Source: Gemmatimonadota bacterium (GTDB taxonomy: Bacteria > Gemmatimonadota > Gemmatimonadetes > JACCXV01 > JAHWKZ01). Taken from it: a DNA stretch of 58,995 bases. The stretch spans positions 1 through 58,995 of the forward strand of contig JAHWKZ010000001.1 of the NCBI GenBank assembly GCA_019347645.1, read 5' to 3'. Shown in pieces: positions 10,665-19,083 of this stretch; position 1 is the first letter of the stretch; each line of letters begins with the position of its first letter. Below the pieces are notes generated by a model. The model made no database searches. It saw nothing but the letters and a program-made list of their open reading frames with translations, and had not been told where the DNA came from. A program made the position numbers and the translations under genes.

Positions 10665-11477
10665 CTACGCCGCCCCCGCGCGGGCGACCTCGACGCCTCC
10701 GATCCTCCCCCCCAGGAACCGCTGCCCCACCCGGAGGAACTGCTCCGGCAGGTCGCTGACCAGGAAGCGGTGCTCCGAGACCGGATCCCCCCGCCGGGCT
10801 AGATCGCGTCGGGCGAGAAGCGCGCCCACCTCCCGGGCGGTCTCCTCCGCCGAATCGATCAGCCGAACGGAGGACCCGAGCGTCTCGCCGATCACCCCCT
10901 TCAGCAGCGGATAGTGGGTGCACCCGAGGATCAGCGCGTCGACGCCGTCGATCCGGAACGGCGCCAGGTACTCCTCGGCCACGAGCCGCGCGGCCGGGTG
11001 GTCGGTCCACCCCTCTTCGGCGAGGGCGACGAACAGGGGGCAGGGCCGTGACACGACCGTCACGTCGGGGGCCAGCGCCGTCAGGGCCTCCCGATAGGCC
11101 CCCGAGCCGATCGTCCCGTGCGTCCCGATCACGCCCACCCGCCGGTTGGTGGTGGCCGCCGCCGCGGCGCGGGCGCCGGGCTCGATCACCCCCACGATCG
11201 GCAGCTCGAACCGGTCGCGGAGGGCCGGGAGCGCGAACGCCGTGGCCGTGTTGCACGCCACCACGATCGCCTTGACGTCGTGCCGGGTGAGAAGCTCGAC
11301 GTTCTCGATCGAGAAGCGTGTTACCGTGTCGCGGGACTTGGGCCCGTAGGGGACCCGTGCGGTATCACCGAAGTAGATCAGGCGTTCGGCCGGCAGCGCC
11401 GCCATGAGCGCGTGCATGACGGTCAGTCCGCCGATGCCGGAGTCGAAAACCCCGATCGACCTCTCGCGATCGCTCAT
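10665..11477 (-). CDS. murI: glutamate racemase
   Basis: IGVFDSGIGGLTVMHAL, YFGDTARVPYGPKS, VVACNTA, LGCTHYP. Confidence 0.92.
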   Translation of the reverse strand: MSDRERSIGVFDSGIGGLTVMHALMAALPAERLIYFGDTARVPYGPKSRDTVTRFSIENVELLTRHDVKAIVVACNTATAFALPALRDRFELPIVGVIEPGARAAAAATTNRRVGVIGTHGTIGSGAYREALTALAPDVTVVSRPCPLFVALAEEGWTDHPAARLVAEEYLAPFRIDGVDALILGCTHYPLLKGVIGETLGSSVRLIDSAEETAREVGALLARRDLARRGDPVSEHRFLVSDLPEQFLRVGQRFLGGRIGGVEVARAGAA

Positions 11478-12175
11478 GGCCCACTCCCCCGGTCGGGCGC
11501 CGACCCGACGCGTAAGCGAAGGCCGGCCCGAATTCGCCGCTCGGCCGGCTCGGCCCGGATGAAGAGCGGGTCGAGCTGGGCCGAGGCGTAGGCGTCGACC
11601 GCCGCGAAGATGACGCTCAGCACGCCGTACGCGTACCAGTCGTTCCGCCGCTCCCGGAGGTCCTCGAGCTGGCCGTCGAGCTCCAGGAACTCCGGGGTGC
11701 GCCGGAACTGCTCCTCGAGCGCGAGCGAGTCCTCGGGCGCGCCTTCCGGAGGATCGGCGAAGAACGCCTCGCGCTCGGCGGCGATCTCGGCGCGCTTGTC
11801 CAGCACGTCCTGCTGCTTTCTATAGCCCAGCGTGAAGAAGGTGGCCTCGGCGACGGCGAAACCGACGCCGCGCAACGGATGGCCGGTATAGAACTGGCCC
11901 CAGCCGGGTATCAGGAAGGACCGGATGGCCGCGTTCCTCGGGTTCTTCGGCAGAACGTCCTCGCTCGGCACCCGGGCCAGCTCCTGCGGCCCGCCCCGCT
12001 CGAGGAACCGGGGCGCCAGGAGCGGGATGGTGTCGGCGGGAACGATGCTCGGCCCGGCGAGGGCTTCCACCGGGATCGGCTCGGCGGGTCGGACCTCGAC
12101 GCCCGCGGTGTCCGGCGGCGTTTCCTGGGCCGAGGCCATGTGCGCGGTGGAGGCCACCGCCACGACCACCAGCAC
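11474..12175 (-). CDS. hypothetical secreted/membrane protein (start uncertain)
   Basis: C-terminal two thirds of ORF 11474..12490. It has a signal-like VLVVVAVASTAHMASA-QE and the motif IPGWGQFYTGHP followed by a hydrophobic helix. Start set at GTG 12175. Its stop overlaps the murI ATG (ATGA). Confidence 0.5.
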   Translation of the reverse strand: MLVVVAVASTAHMASAQETPPDTAGVEVRPAEPIPVEALAGPSIVPADTIPLLAPRFLERGGPQELARVPSEDVLPKNPRNAAIRSFLIPGWGQFYTGHPLRGVGFAVAEATFFTLGYRKQQDVLDKRAEIAAEREAFFADPPEGAPEDSLALEEQFRRTPEFLELDGQLEDLRERRNDWYAYGVLSVIFAAVDAYASAQLDPLFIRAEPAERRIRAGLRLRVGSAPDRGSGP

Positions 12176-12216
12176 GGCGTTCCAAACGACGGACGCGGGC
12201 GACTCCCGATGCGACC

Positions 12217-12732
12217 TCAGGAGGTGCTCGACCCTTGGAAGGCCCAGGTGACCAGGACGTCCCCCTCCACGTCCTGACAGCGTACCCTCGCCTGGAGAGA
12301 GGCCGAGAAGGTGGCCGCCTGCACGGTTCCGGTGAACGCCTCGTCGGCTTCGATCAACTCGCACCCCTCCTCCTGGAGTCCCTCGACCAGGGCTCCCTGG
12401 CCGATCACGACGAAGCGCACGTTCCCGTCGCTCTGGACGGTTCCGGACAGGGTCGTCGAGATCGGCGCCTCGACCTCCAGCTGAGGGCACGGATCGATCC
12501 GCAGCGAGCCGGAGAAGAAACCCCCTCGCGAGCTCGTCACGATGATTCCACCGGGGCAGCGGAGGTCGATGGGTGGATTGTCCGCGATCTGGATGCTGAA
12601 GGTGTGGGTACCGGTGTAGGTCCCCCGGATGTCGGGGCCGTCCGGTCCGGTCGGGCCGTCATCGCCTCCACCACATCCCGCGACCACGGCGAGAGCGACC
12701 AGCGACGCGGCCGCACGTCGTATCTTCCCCAT
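12217..12732 (-). CDS. hypothetical lipoprotein
   Basis: Inner ATG at 12732: MGKIRRAAASLVALAVVAGCGGG (lipobox). High GC3. Confidence 0.6.
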   Translation of the reverse strand: MGKIRRAAASLVALAVVAGCGGGDDGPTGPDGPDIRGTYTGTHTFSIQIADNPPIDLRCPGGIIVTSSRGGFFSGSLRIDPCPQLEVEAPISTTLSGTVQSDGNVRFVVIGQGALVEGLQEEGCELIEADEAFTGTVQAATFSASLQARVRCQDVEGDVLVTWAFQGSSTS

Positions 12733-12859
12733 GCCGAACCTCCTCTGCTCACCCGCCGATGTCTCCGATTTCGAATACGGGAAAGGTAGCATCCACCTGG
12801 GGGCCTCTGCGAGACGGACACCGCGAGCGGAAACCTCGGCTTCGACCGATCTTGCTCCC

Positions 12860-13606
12860 GTGGCTCTCCGGTACCCCGATCCGATCCCGTGGGTTTCGCT
12901 GCTCCTCGCTCTGGCGGCCGGATGCGGCGTCCGGTCGGCGGAACTGCGCACCCCGCGTCCGGTCCCCCGCGACGTCTGCGTCGTTGTGGGTCTCCTCGGC
13001 GGGTTTGACGCTTGGGACGACTCCACGAAGGGGGTGCGGAGACTCGCCCTCGAGCTCCGGAGATCTCCCGGAATCCTCGCGGAGACGTTCGAGAACCGCC
13101 GGTCCGGCCTCGCCCGGGCCTTCCTCGTAGAGGCCCTCGACGCCGACCGGGACGGGCGGGTGTCGTCGACGGAGGCCGCCCGCGCCCGCGTGGTGATCTA
13201 CGGTCAGAGCCTCGGCGGCGGCGCGGCGGCGGCTCTGGCTCGCGCCCTCGTCCGGGACGGCGTCGAGGTCGAGCTCCTGTTGCTGATCGACAGCGTCGGA
13301 CGCCGCGACGACGTGGCTCCACCCTCGGTCGCGAACGCGGCGGTCCTCTATCAGGACGAGGGGTGGTTCATCGCCGGCGAGCCCGAGATCCGTCCGCTGG
13401 ACCCCCGCCGAACGCGGATCCTCGGGGCGTGGCAGTTCGACTACGACCGACCACCGGGATCGACCATCCCGATCGACGATCTCGCCTGGCACGAGAGCGC
13501 CTTCCGGATCGCCCACGCCCGGATGGATCGGGATCCCCGGGTCTGGGCGACGGCGGATTCGCTGATTCGGGCCGCCTGCACGGAGGCCCTGGAGGCCCGC
13601 GGCTAG
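12860..13606 (+). CDS. alpha/beta-hydrolase-like lipoprotein (start uncertain)
   Basis: In-frame GTG at 12860 gives (M)ALRYPDPIPWVSLLLALAAGC, a lipoprotein signal. GQSLGG is a nucleophile-elbow-like motif. Confidence 0.5.
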   Translation: MALRYPDPIPWVSLLLALAAGCGVRSAELRTPRPVPRDVCVVVGLLGGFDAWDDSTKGVRRLALELRRSPGILAETFENRRSGLARAFLVEALDADRDGRVSSTEAARARVVIYGQSLGGGAAAALARALVRDGVEVELLLLIDSVGRRDDVAPPSVANAAVLYQDEGWFIAGEPEIRPLDPRRTRILGAWQFDYDRPPGSTIPIDDLAWHESAFRIAHARMDRDPRVWATADSLIRAACTEALEARG

Positions 13607-13695
13607 AGTCGGTGGAATCTGAATGTCCCGGGTCGGAATCCAGGGAAGCCGACGTGGGCATTTCTCCCACGAGCGCCCGGTCGGGGTCGTCCAGG

Positions 13696-13794
13696 TGGCG
13701 GGAACGTGTGGGAATCGAACCCACCTCGGACGCGGCGCGCGCGCCCGATGACGGTTTTGAAGACCGCAGGGGCCACCAGACCCCATCCGCTCCC
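13696..13794 (-). tRNA. selC: tRNA-Sec (anticodon UCA)
   Basis: Minus strand GGGAGCGGAU-GGGGUC-UGGU-GGCCCC-U-GCGGU-CUUCAAA-ACCGU-(long variable arm UCGGGCGCG..CGCGUCCGA)-GUGGG-UUCGAUU-CCCAC-ACGUUCCC-G-CCA. It has a 6-bp D stem with a 4-nt loop, a UCA anticodon, a long extra arm and an encoded CCA. Confidence 0.85.
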
Positions 13795-13809
13795 CCGACC
13801 CGGAGGCTC

Positions 13810-14052
13810 CTAGATCGCGATGATCTTCGTGACGGTCTGGAGGAACCCGTCGAGCTTCACCCGATCTCCGGCCTTCGGGTCGCCCTCCACGGCCTCGGGC
13901 CCGAGACGGGCCCGGAGAAATCGCTCGGGATCGTCCGGCGCCTCGAGATCTCCGATCACGACGTCGAAATACCGGTCGCCGTGCAACGAGACCGGCTCGA
14001 TCGCCACGAGCACCGCCTCCTGGCCGGGCTCGACGATCATGGAGAGCTCCAT
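13810..14052 (-). CDS. hypothetical small protein (80 aa)
   Basis: MELSMIVEPGQEAVLVAIEPVSLHGDRYFDVVIG...KIIAI. Strong GC3 bias typical of real genes here. No recognisable family. The start could be 14040, 14052 or TTG 14073. Confidence 0.5.
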   Translation of the reverse strand: MELSMIVEPGQEAVLVAIEPVSLHGDRYFDVVIGDLEAPDDPERFLRARLGPEAVEGDPKAGDRVKLDGFLQTVTKIIAI

Positions 14053-14191
14053 CCGGAAGTCATCGCCGATCAAGCTACCGCTCGCCGAGGGGGGCGCAAT
14101 GCGTCCGGGGCCACGGTTGTGCGCCTCGAACGGGCGGCGTAGCTTCTTCGACCATCGCCGACCGATCGAACCCTCATCCAGGAGGAAGCTC

Positions 14192-14398
14192 GTGGAGCCA
14201 AAGAACCTGAAGGATATGGAAATCGGAGAGACGCTCATGCTGGCGCGCGAGATCCAGGAGCGGACCAGCGTGAGCCAGGTCTACGTCAAGGTCGACGACT
14301 CGACCGTCAAGCACTACGACTCGGGCGAGACCATAGGCCTCTCGGCCGACGAGCTCGTCTACCCCTTCGAGCCGGACCACGCCGCCAAGCGTACGTAG
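14192..14398 (+). CDS. hypothetical small protein (68 aa)
   Basis: GTG at 14192 lies 6 nt after AGGAGG (14180-14185): VEPKNLKDMEIGETLMLAREIQERTSVSQVYVKVDD... High GC3. No recognisable family. Confidence 0.5.
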   Translation: MEPKNLKDMEIGETLMLAREIQERTSVSQVYVKVDDSTVKHYDSGETIGLSADELVYPFEPDHAAKRT

Positions 14399-14555
14399 CG
14401 CCTCCCCCGGCTCTTCCGTCCGAACTCGCTCGTTTCGACCGTCGTCATACTCGCGGGACGGGATCGTGCGCCTCGACCCGGGTCAGCACGGGGCGCGGGG
14501 TCGATCGCTCGCTAGCAGCAGAGATTGGCCTTTTTCAACAGACTGCCAGCGGCGC

Positions 14556-15767
14556 TCAGGCCGGGACGGCCTCGTTCCGGCAAGCGAGGATCCGTTCGAT
14601 CGTCTCCCCCACCTTCACGTTGGGAGTCGAGGCTCCGGCGGTGATCCCGATCTCGACCGGTCCCTCCGGGAGCCAACCCCGCATCCGTTCCTCCCGATGG
14701 CCGTCGATCGGCAAGTGGCGGATCGTCTCCGGGTCCTCGATGCAGGACGAGTCGTCGATGTGGTACGTCGGAACCACCTTCGAGCAGATGCGGGCCAGAT
14801 TCCCGGTGTTGCTCGAGTTGTATCCGCCGATCACGACCATCAGGTCCGGCGGAGAGTCCAGCAGCTCGACGACCGCGTCCTGCCGCTCCTGGGTGGCGGA
14901 GCAGATGGTATCCAGGGAGCGGAAGTGCTCCTCGAGCGCCTCCTCCCCGTAGCGGTCGGCCATCGCCTTGCCCAGCTCCTCGGCGACCGCCTCGGTCTCG
15001 CGCATCAGCATCGTCGTCTGGTTCGCCACCCCGACCCTCACGAGATCACGCTCGAAGTCGAACCCGGGACTGACCGCCTCGGCGAACCGCTCGGCGAGGG
15101 CCGCGGGGGAGCCTCCGTGGCGGATGAAATCGGTGACGATCGCGGTCTCGTCGAGATCGCGGACGATCAGATAGGCACCTCCCGGGTATTCCAGCGCGCG
15201 AGAGGCCGTCGCCCGGGTCTCCTCGTGATACCACTTGCCGTGGATCATGGCGGTGTAGCCCTCGCGCGCGAACCGCTCGACGGTCTTCCACACCAGCAGG
15301 ACCGACCCGCAGGTCGTGTCCACCAGCACGCACCCGGTCTCCTTCAGCTTCCGCATGACCTCGGTCGGAGCTCCGAAGGCGGGCAGGAGCACGACGTCCT
15401 CGGGCTCGAGGTCGTCGATCGTCACGTCCTCGGCGTAACTCCCGGTCAGGAAGCCGATCCCCATCGAGACCATCTCGCGGTTGACGTGGGGGTTGTGGAT
15501 CAGTTCGCCGACCAGAAAGATGCGCCGATCCGGGAAGCGCCGGCGCGACTCGTAGGCGTACTGGACCGCGCGATCCACCCCATAGCAGTTCCCGAACTCG
15601 CGCGCGAGCCGAAGGGTCAAGTCGCCGGCCTCCAGTACGTGACCCTTCTCCACCACCCGCTCCACGAGCTCGGAGTGGTACGCCCGGGAGAGGTCTCCGG
15701 CCACCTCCTTCTTGAGGCCGAGGCCCTTGCGATAGTAGAGCTGGTCTTCGCCGATGAGATCCTTCAT
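14556..15767 (-). CDS. ispH: 4-hydroxy-3-methylbut-2-enyl diphosphate reductase (long form)
   Basis: Inner ATG at 15767 of ORF 14556..16433: MKDLIGEDQLYYRKG..., TTCGSV, ANQTTM, ICSATQERQ, GGYNSSNT are IspH/LytB motifs. Confidence 0.88.
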   Translation of the reverse strand: MKDLIGEDQLYYRKGLGLKKEVAGDLSRAYHSELVERVVEKGHVLEAGDLTLRLAREFGNCYGVDRAVQYAYESRRRFPDRRIFLVGELIHNPHVNREMVSMGIGFLTGSYAEDVTIDDLEPEDVVLLPAFGAPTEVMRKLKETGCVLVDTTCGSVLLVWKTVERFAREGYTAMIHGKWYHEETRATASRALEYPGGAYLIVRDLDETAIVTDFIRHGGSPAALAERFAEAVSPGFDFERDLVRVGVANQTTMLMRETEAVAEELGKAMADRYGEEALEEHFRSLDTICSATQERQDAVVELLDSPPDLMVVIGGYNSSNTGNLARICSKVVPTYHIDDSSCIEDPETIRHLPIDGHREERMRGWLPEGPVEIGITAGASTPNVKVGETIERILACRNEAVPA

Positions 15768-15823
15768 GAGCCGGGAATTTAAGCCCGTCGGCCCGAACCT
15801 CCAAACGTCTCGACCGGGGTCGA

Positions 15824-16483
15824 TCAGAACGGACGGCGCCCCGCCACCCGCCGCCTGGCCAGTGGAAACAGCGCCACCAGGCCCGCGGCGCCGAGCAGCG
15901 CCGGGCGGACGGGGTCGAGCGTCTCCTCTCCCGACAGGCCAAGTCCCGCTTCGATCGTCTCGGTGTCGAGACCCGACCAGAAAGCGATCAGGAGCGTCCC
16001 GATCCCCAGCATCGCGACGTACGCCATCGGCAGGCGCGTCGTGGCGAAGAGCTCGGTCGCCAGGACCAGCGGGAGGAGCACCACCGCGAGCGAGATCTGC
16101 TCCGCGACGCTCCGCGCCGCCTCCGACCCCGCCGGGTCGAAGCCGATCACGACGGCGACCACGGCCGCGTGGTAGAGAAGGAAGAGAGTGCCGAGGCCGA
16201 TGAGCTTCCCGAGCACGTAGTCGCCGGGTCTGACTATGTTTGAAGTCAGAAGAGCGTCCAGTCCGAGTTCCCGATCCCGCCCCAGCTCGAAGGAGAGGAG
16301 GAACAGCCAGACGAGCTGCATCCCCACGATCGCCACGTCGGTCCCCACCAGTGGGTCCGACGGCGGCTGGAAGACATAGGCGATCACGCACCCCGCCGGG
16401 TGCGCTATCAGGAGCAGCACGAGAGGGCGCCAACGGAGACGCCGAACCAGCTCGAACCGGACGAGCGGCGGGATCGGGGTCAC
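15824..16483 (-). CDS. ABC-2-like permease, paralog B
   Basis: GTG at 16483 (GTGA overlap with the upstream stop): VTPIPPLVRFELVRRLRWRPLVLLLIA... Multi-TM; the sequence parallels the upstream permease. Confidence 0.65.
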   Translation of the reverse strand: MTPIPPLVRFELVRRLRWRPLVLLLIAHPAGCVIAYVFQPPSDPLVGTDVAIVGMQLVWLFLLSFELGRDRELGLDALLTSNIVRPGDYVLGKLIGLGTLFLLYHAAVVAVVIGFDPAGSEAARSVAEQISLAVVLLPLVLATELFATTRLPMAYVAMLGIGTLLIAFWSGLDTETIEAGLGLSGEETLDPVRPALLGAAGLVALFPLARRRVAGRRPF

Positions 16484-17157
16484 CGTCCTCCGAGACCCGG
16501 CAGCCTGCGCCGGACGAGAGGGAGGAGGATCAGCGTGAGGAGCGGCGAGACCACCAGCGCACGACGCGCCAACGGCCCCAACGTCTCCAATCGGTACGGG
16601 ATCACGGAAAAACCGAACGCCTGCCGGACGAACTCCGGGCCGAGAACCCATGCGACGATCCCCAGGACCACGAAGAGGACGATGACGGCGGCCAGCAACG
16701 GCAGACGAGTCTCCATCGCCGACTCGACGAGCAGGACGAGGGGCAGGAAGTAGAGAGCGAGGAGGAGGAACAGGGCCGCGTGCCAGAGGGCGTGGTCCCC
16801 GGATCCGGCCGAGGCGAGGAGGACGGTCGCCCCGACGAGCCCGCCGATCGCGACGAGAGCGATGGCGAGCGAAGCGACCTTCGCGGCCACGTACCGGTTC
16901 GGGGCGACGAAGTTCGGTACGAGGAGCTCGTCGTACGCTAGGCTCCGGTCGATCCCGAAGCCCGCGTACAGCGTGAAGACCAGCAGCGCCAGTCCGGCGT
17001 CGTCCACCCATCCCAGCGAGCCCGCACCGTAGGCGGCGGGTACGAACACCGCGTAGAGAAGCGCGACGACCTGCTGGGGCCGCGCGCGCGCGCGGCGCAC
17101 GACCTCGAAGCGAATCAGCGCGCCCAGGACCGCCGCCTCGCCGGCACGCGCCGTCAC
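16480..17157 (-). CDS. ABC-2-like permease, paralog A
   Basis: GTG at 17157 (GTGA overlap with the ATPase stop): VTARAGEAAVLGALIRFEVVRRARARP... Multi-TM. Confidence 0.65.
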   Translation of the reverse strand: MTARAGEAAVLGALIRFEVVRRARARPQQVVALLYAVFVPAAYGAGSLGWVDDAGLALLVFTLYAGFGIDRSLAYDELLVPNFVAPNRYVAAKVASLAIALVAIGGLVGATVLLASAGSGDHALWHAALFLLLALYFLPLVLLVESAMETRLPLLAAVIVLFVVLGIVAWVLGPEFVRQAFGFSVIPYRLETLGPLARRALVVSPLLTLILLPLVRRRLPGLGGR

Positions 17158-17789
17158 GGCCGTTCGATCCGGACCCGAACCCCGCCCGCCTCCGCCGGGA
17201 TCCGTTGGTTGGTCGCCACGACGACGACGGCCGTCCGGCACCGCTCTCTCAGGATCTTCGTGAGAGCCTCCTGCCCCGTCTCCGAAAGATGCGAGTACGG
17301 CTCGTCGAGGAGGACGAACGGCGCGGAACGGCGGAGCAGCGATTCGAGCAGCAACCGCTTGGCCTCGCCGGTGCTGAGGTTCGCGACTTTCGTCCGCGGA
17401 TCGGCGAAGGCGGGCCGTAGCGCCTCGCGTCGCGGTGCGCCTCCGGTGAGGGCGTCGACCAGACGGTCCCAGTCCGCCGCCCGCACCTCCGGTGGCAGGC
17501 GCATGGCCGGGTGGTAGTAGAGCGTACGGGTCGACCCGGCGCCGTCGAGCGCCACACGACCGCTCGTCGGCCGCTCGCGTCCGGCCAGCACGCGCAGGAG
17601 CGACGATTTGCCGGCCCCGTTCTCGCCGACCAGCCACGCGATCTCGCCGGCACGGTGGGCCCAATCGAAGCCCTTCAGGATCCAGGTCCGCCGGCGACGA
17701 AGGCCGAGCCCGCAGACCCGCAGCGACGGCACGCCCGACTCCTCGCGGGGGATGACCCTCAGCGCGGCGCGATCGAGCGAGCCGGTCAC
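17154..17789 (-). CDS. ABC transporter ATP-binding protein (atypical motifs)
   Basis: GTG at 17789 (GTGA overlap). Walker A GENGAGKSS, signature LSTGEAKR, Walker B FVLLDEP. The H-loop position reads VVVATNQ (no His). Confidence 0.75.
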   Translation of the reverse strand: MTGSLDRAALRVIPREESGVPSLRVCGLGLRRRRTWILKGFDWAHRAGEIAWLVGENGAGKSSLLRVLAGRERPTSGRVALDGAGSTRTLYYHPAMRLPPEVRAADWDRLVDALTGGAPRREALRPAFADPRTKVANLSTGEAKRLLLESLLRRSAPFVLLDEPYSHLSETGQEALTKILRERCRTAVVVVATNQRIPAEAGGVRVRIERP

Positions 17790-18856
17790 TCGAGCACGCA
17801 CCGATGCCAGCCCGCGTCGTGGTCGATCACGATCGCCGTCCGCGACTTCCCCAGGTACGCGAACCTCTGGGCATTGACGTCGAGGATCCAGGAGCGGAGG
17901 TACTCCAGGTCGGGGGTGGCGCGGATGATCGCCTTTTCGGTCCCGCCCTCGGGGCCGGGTCTTCCCGTACGGGTCAGGTAGAGGTAGTCGCCGCTCGCCC
18001 GGTCGTGACTCGCCGCCAGGACGGGGGTGGCGATCTCGTCGATCTCCTCCTTCTCGAACAGCTCGCTCGGTACCTTGCCCAACCGCCGGCTGGCGGCCCG
18101 GGGGACGGGGACCGTGGTCTCGCGGACGGTGAACCCGCTCCCGCGCGGCCGAATCACGAAAGCCCTGGAGGTGATGAGCTGATGAGCGGCGATCACGGTG
18201 CCGTCGCCGAGCGGGGTCAGCTCGATCAGGTTCGCGAGCGCCTCCACCCGGAGGTCGTGGAAGGGCGCGACAGGGGTCTCCAGGGGCCGGAACGCCCCCG
18301 CGTCCGCGTCCAGCACGTGGACCAGCCTCGCCACCGCGCCGCCTCGCGCGAGGGGGAACGCCGCCATCAGCACCCCCGACGGGCCCGATCGAACGACGCT
18401 GGGTGGGACGTCGGTGCGCAACACTCCCCGATCACGGCCCGCGTGATCGAGGATCTTGATCTGACGGCGTCCGACGTCGGTGATGTAGAGGAGCGAGTCG
18501 TCGACCAGCGCCACCGAGCGGGGCTGCTTCACGCCCGACGGGCCATTCTCCTCGAACTCGACCTCGAAGAGGGGTGTGGCGTCCGAACGATAATGGACCA
18601 CCCGCCGGTCGAGGCCGTAGAGGACCAGGAACGTGGAGTCCGAGGTGGCGACCAGATCCTCGACGACGCCGGCGGCCTCCGACGGTGCGTCCTGCCGGAC
18701 GCACGCGATCTTCGTGGAGCGTTCGACGAAGCCGTCGATCGTCCGGGGCGCGAGCCCCGCCTCTCCCTCGCCGCACCCGATGCCGAGGAGGAGCGCGACG
18801 GCGATGGAGAAGCGGGGGGCCTCGTTCGGTGTCCTCACCGTGGGCACGAGGGCCAA
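17786..18856 (-). CDS. beta-propeller (NHL-like repeat) lipoprotein
   Basis: MALVPTVRTPNEAPRFSIAVALLLGIGCGEG lipoprotein signal. Repeated segments such as DSLLYITDVGRRQIKILDHAGRD and DSTFLVLYGLDRRVVHY. Confidence 0.6.
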   Translation of the reverse strand: MALVPTVRTPNEAPRFSIAVALLLGIGCGEGEAGLAPRTIDGFVERSTKIACVRQDAPSEAAGVVEDLVATSDSTFLVLYGLDRRVVHYRSDATPLFEVEFEENGPSGVKQPRSVALVDDSLLYITDVGRRQIKILDHAGRDRGVLRTDVPPSVVRSGPSGVLMAAFPLARGGAVARLVHVLDADAGAFRPLETPVAPFHDLRVEALANLIELTPLGDGTVIAAHQLITSRAFVIRPRGSGFTVRETTVPVPRAASRRLGKVPSELFEKEEIDEIATPVLAASHDRASGDYLYLTRTGRPGPEGGTEKAIIRATPDLEYLRSWILDVNAQRFAYLGKSRTAIVIDHDAGWHRCVLE

Positions 18857-19014
18857 CGGACGTCGCCGTCCCGGCAGGGAGTCGGGTCCAGTCTCTTCTT
18901 CAGGCGCTCGTCCGGCTCGACCTCGCGGTTCCGGCTCGCTCGCGAAGGGAGGGCGATCGGCAGCGAGACGACCGCGAGCAGCATCGGGCGGATCGCTCGG
19001 CGGATCATCGACAT
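18835..19014 (-). CDS. small secreted peptide precursor (59 aa, 2 Cys)
   Basis: GGAGGAGGG RBS directly upstream of ATG 19014. MSMIRRAIRPMLLAVVSLPIALPSRA signal, then SRNREVEPDERLKKRLDPTPCRDGDVRWPSCPR. The 3' end overlaps the lipoprotein start by 22 nt. Confidence 0.55.
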   Translation of the reverse strand: MSMIRRAIRPMLLAVVSLPIALPSRASRNREVEPDERLKKRLDPTPCRDGDVRWPSCPR

Positions 19015-19083
19015 TCTTCCCTCCTCCTGTCGGAGTTCGATCGGAGGCTGACGGTGGCGGCGCCGTAGGAGCGGGAGGGGGGC

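Noticed and set aside
12214-12216. CTG initiation codons overlapping TGA stops (CTGA) as a recurrent feature (seen at 8920, 12216 and 26141).
   Set aside because: For pgpA an in-frame GTG at 26159 explains the gene, and for the 11474 gene a GTG at 12175 is available. Only recG remains unexplained, so this is not a pattern.
14165-14173. Possible att-site duplication of the tRNA-Sec 3' half (ATCGAACCC also occurs at 13712-13721).
   Set aside because: Only 9 identical bases, no integrase or recombinase gene, and no compositional island. Too short to distinguish from chance.
15824-17789. Interpreting the ATPase plus two permeases as cytochrome c maturation CcmABC.
   Set aside because: Neither permease carries the Trp-rich WWD motif of CcmC, no ccmD-H genes follow, and the two permeases are paralogs of each other rather than CcmB/CcmC-like.
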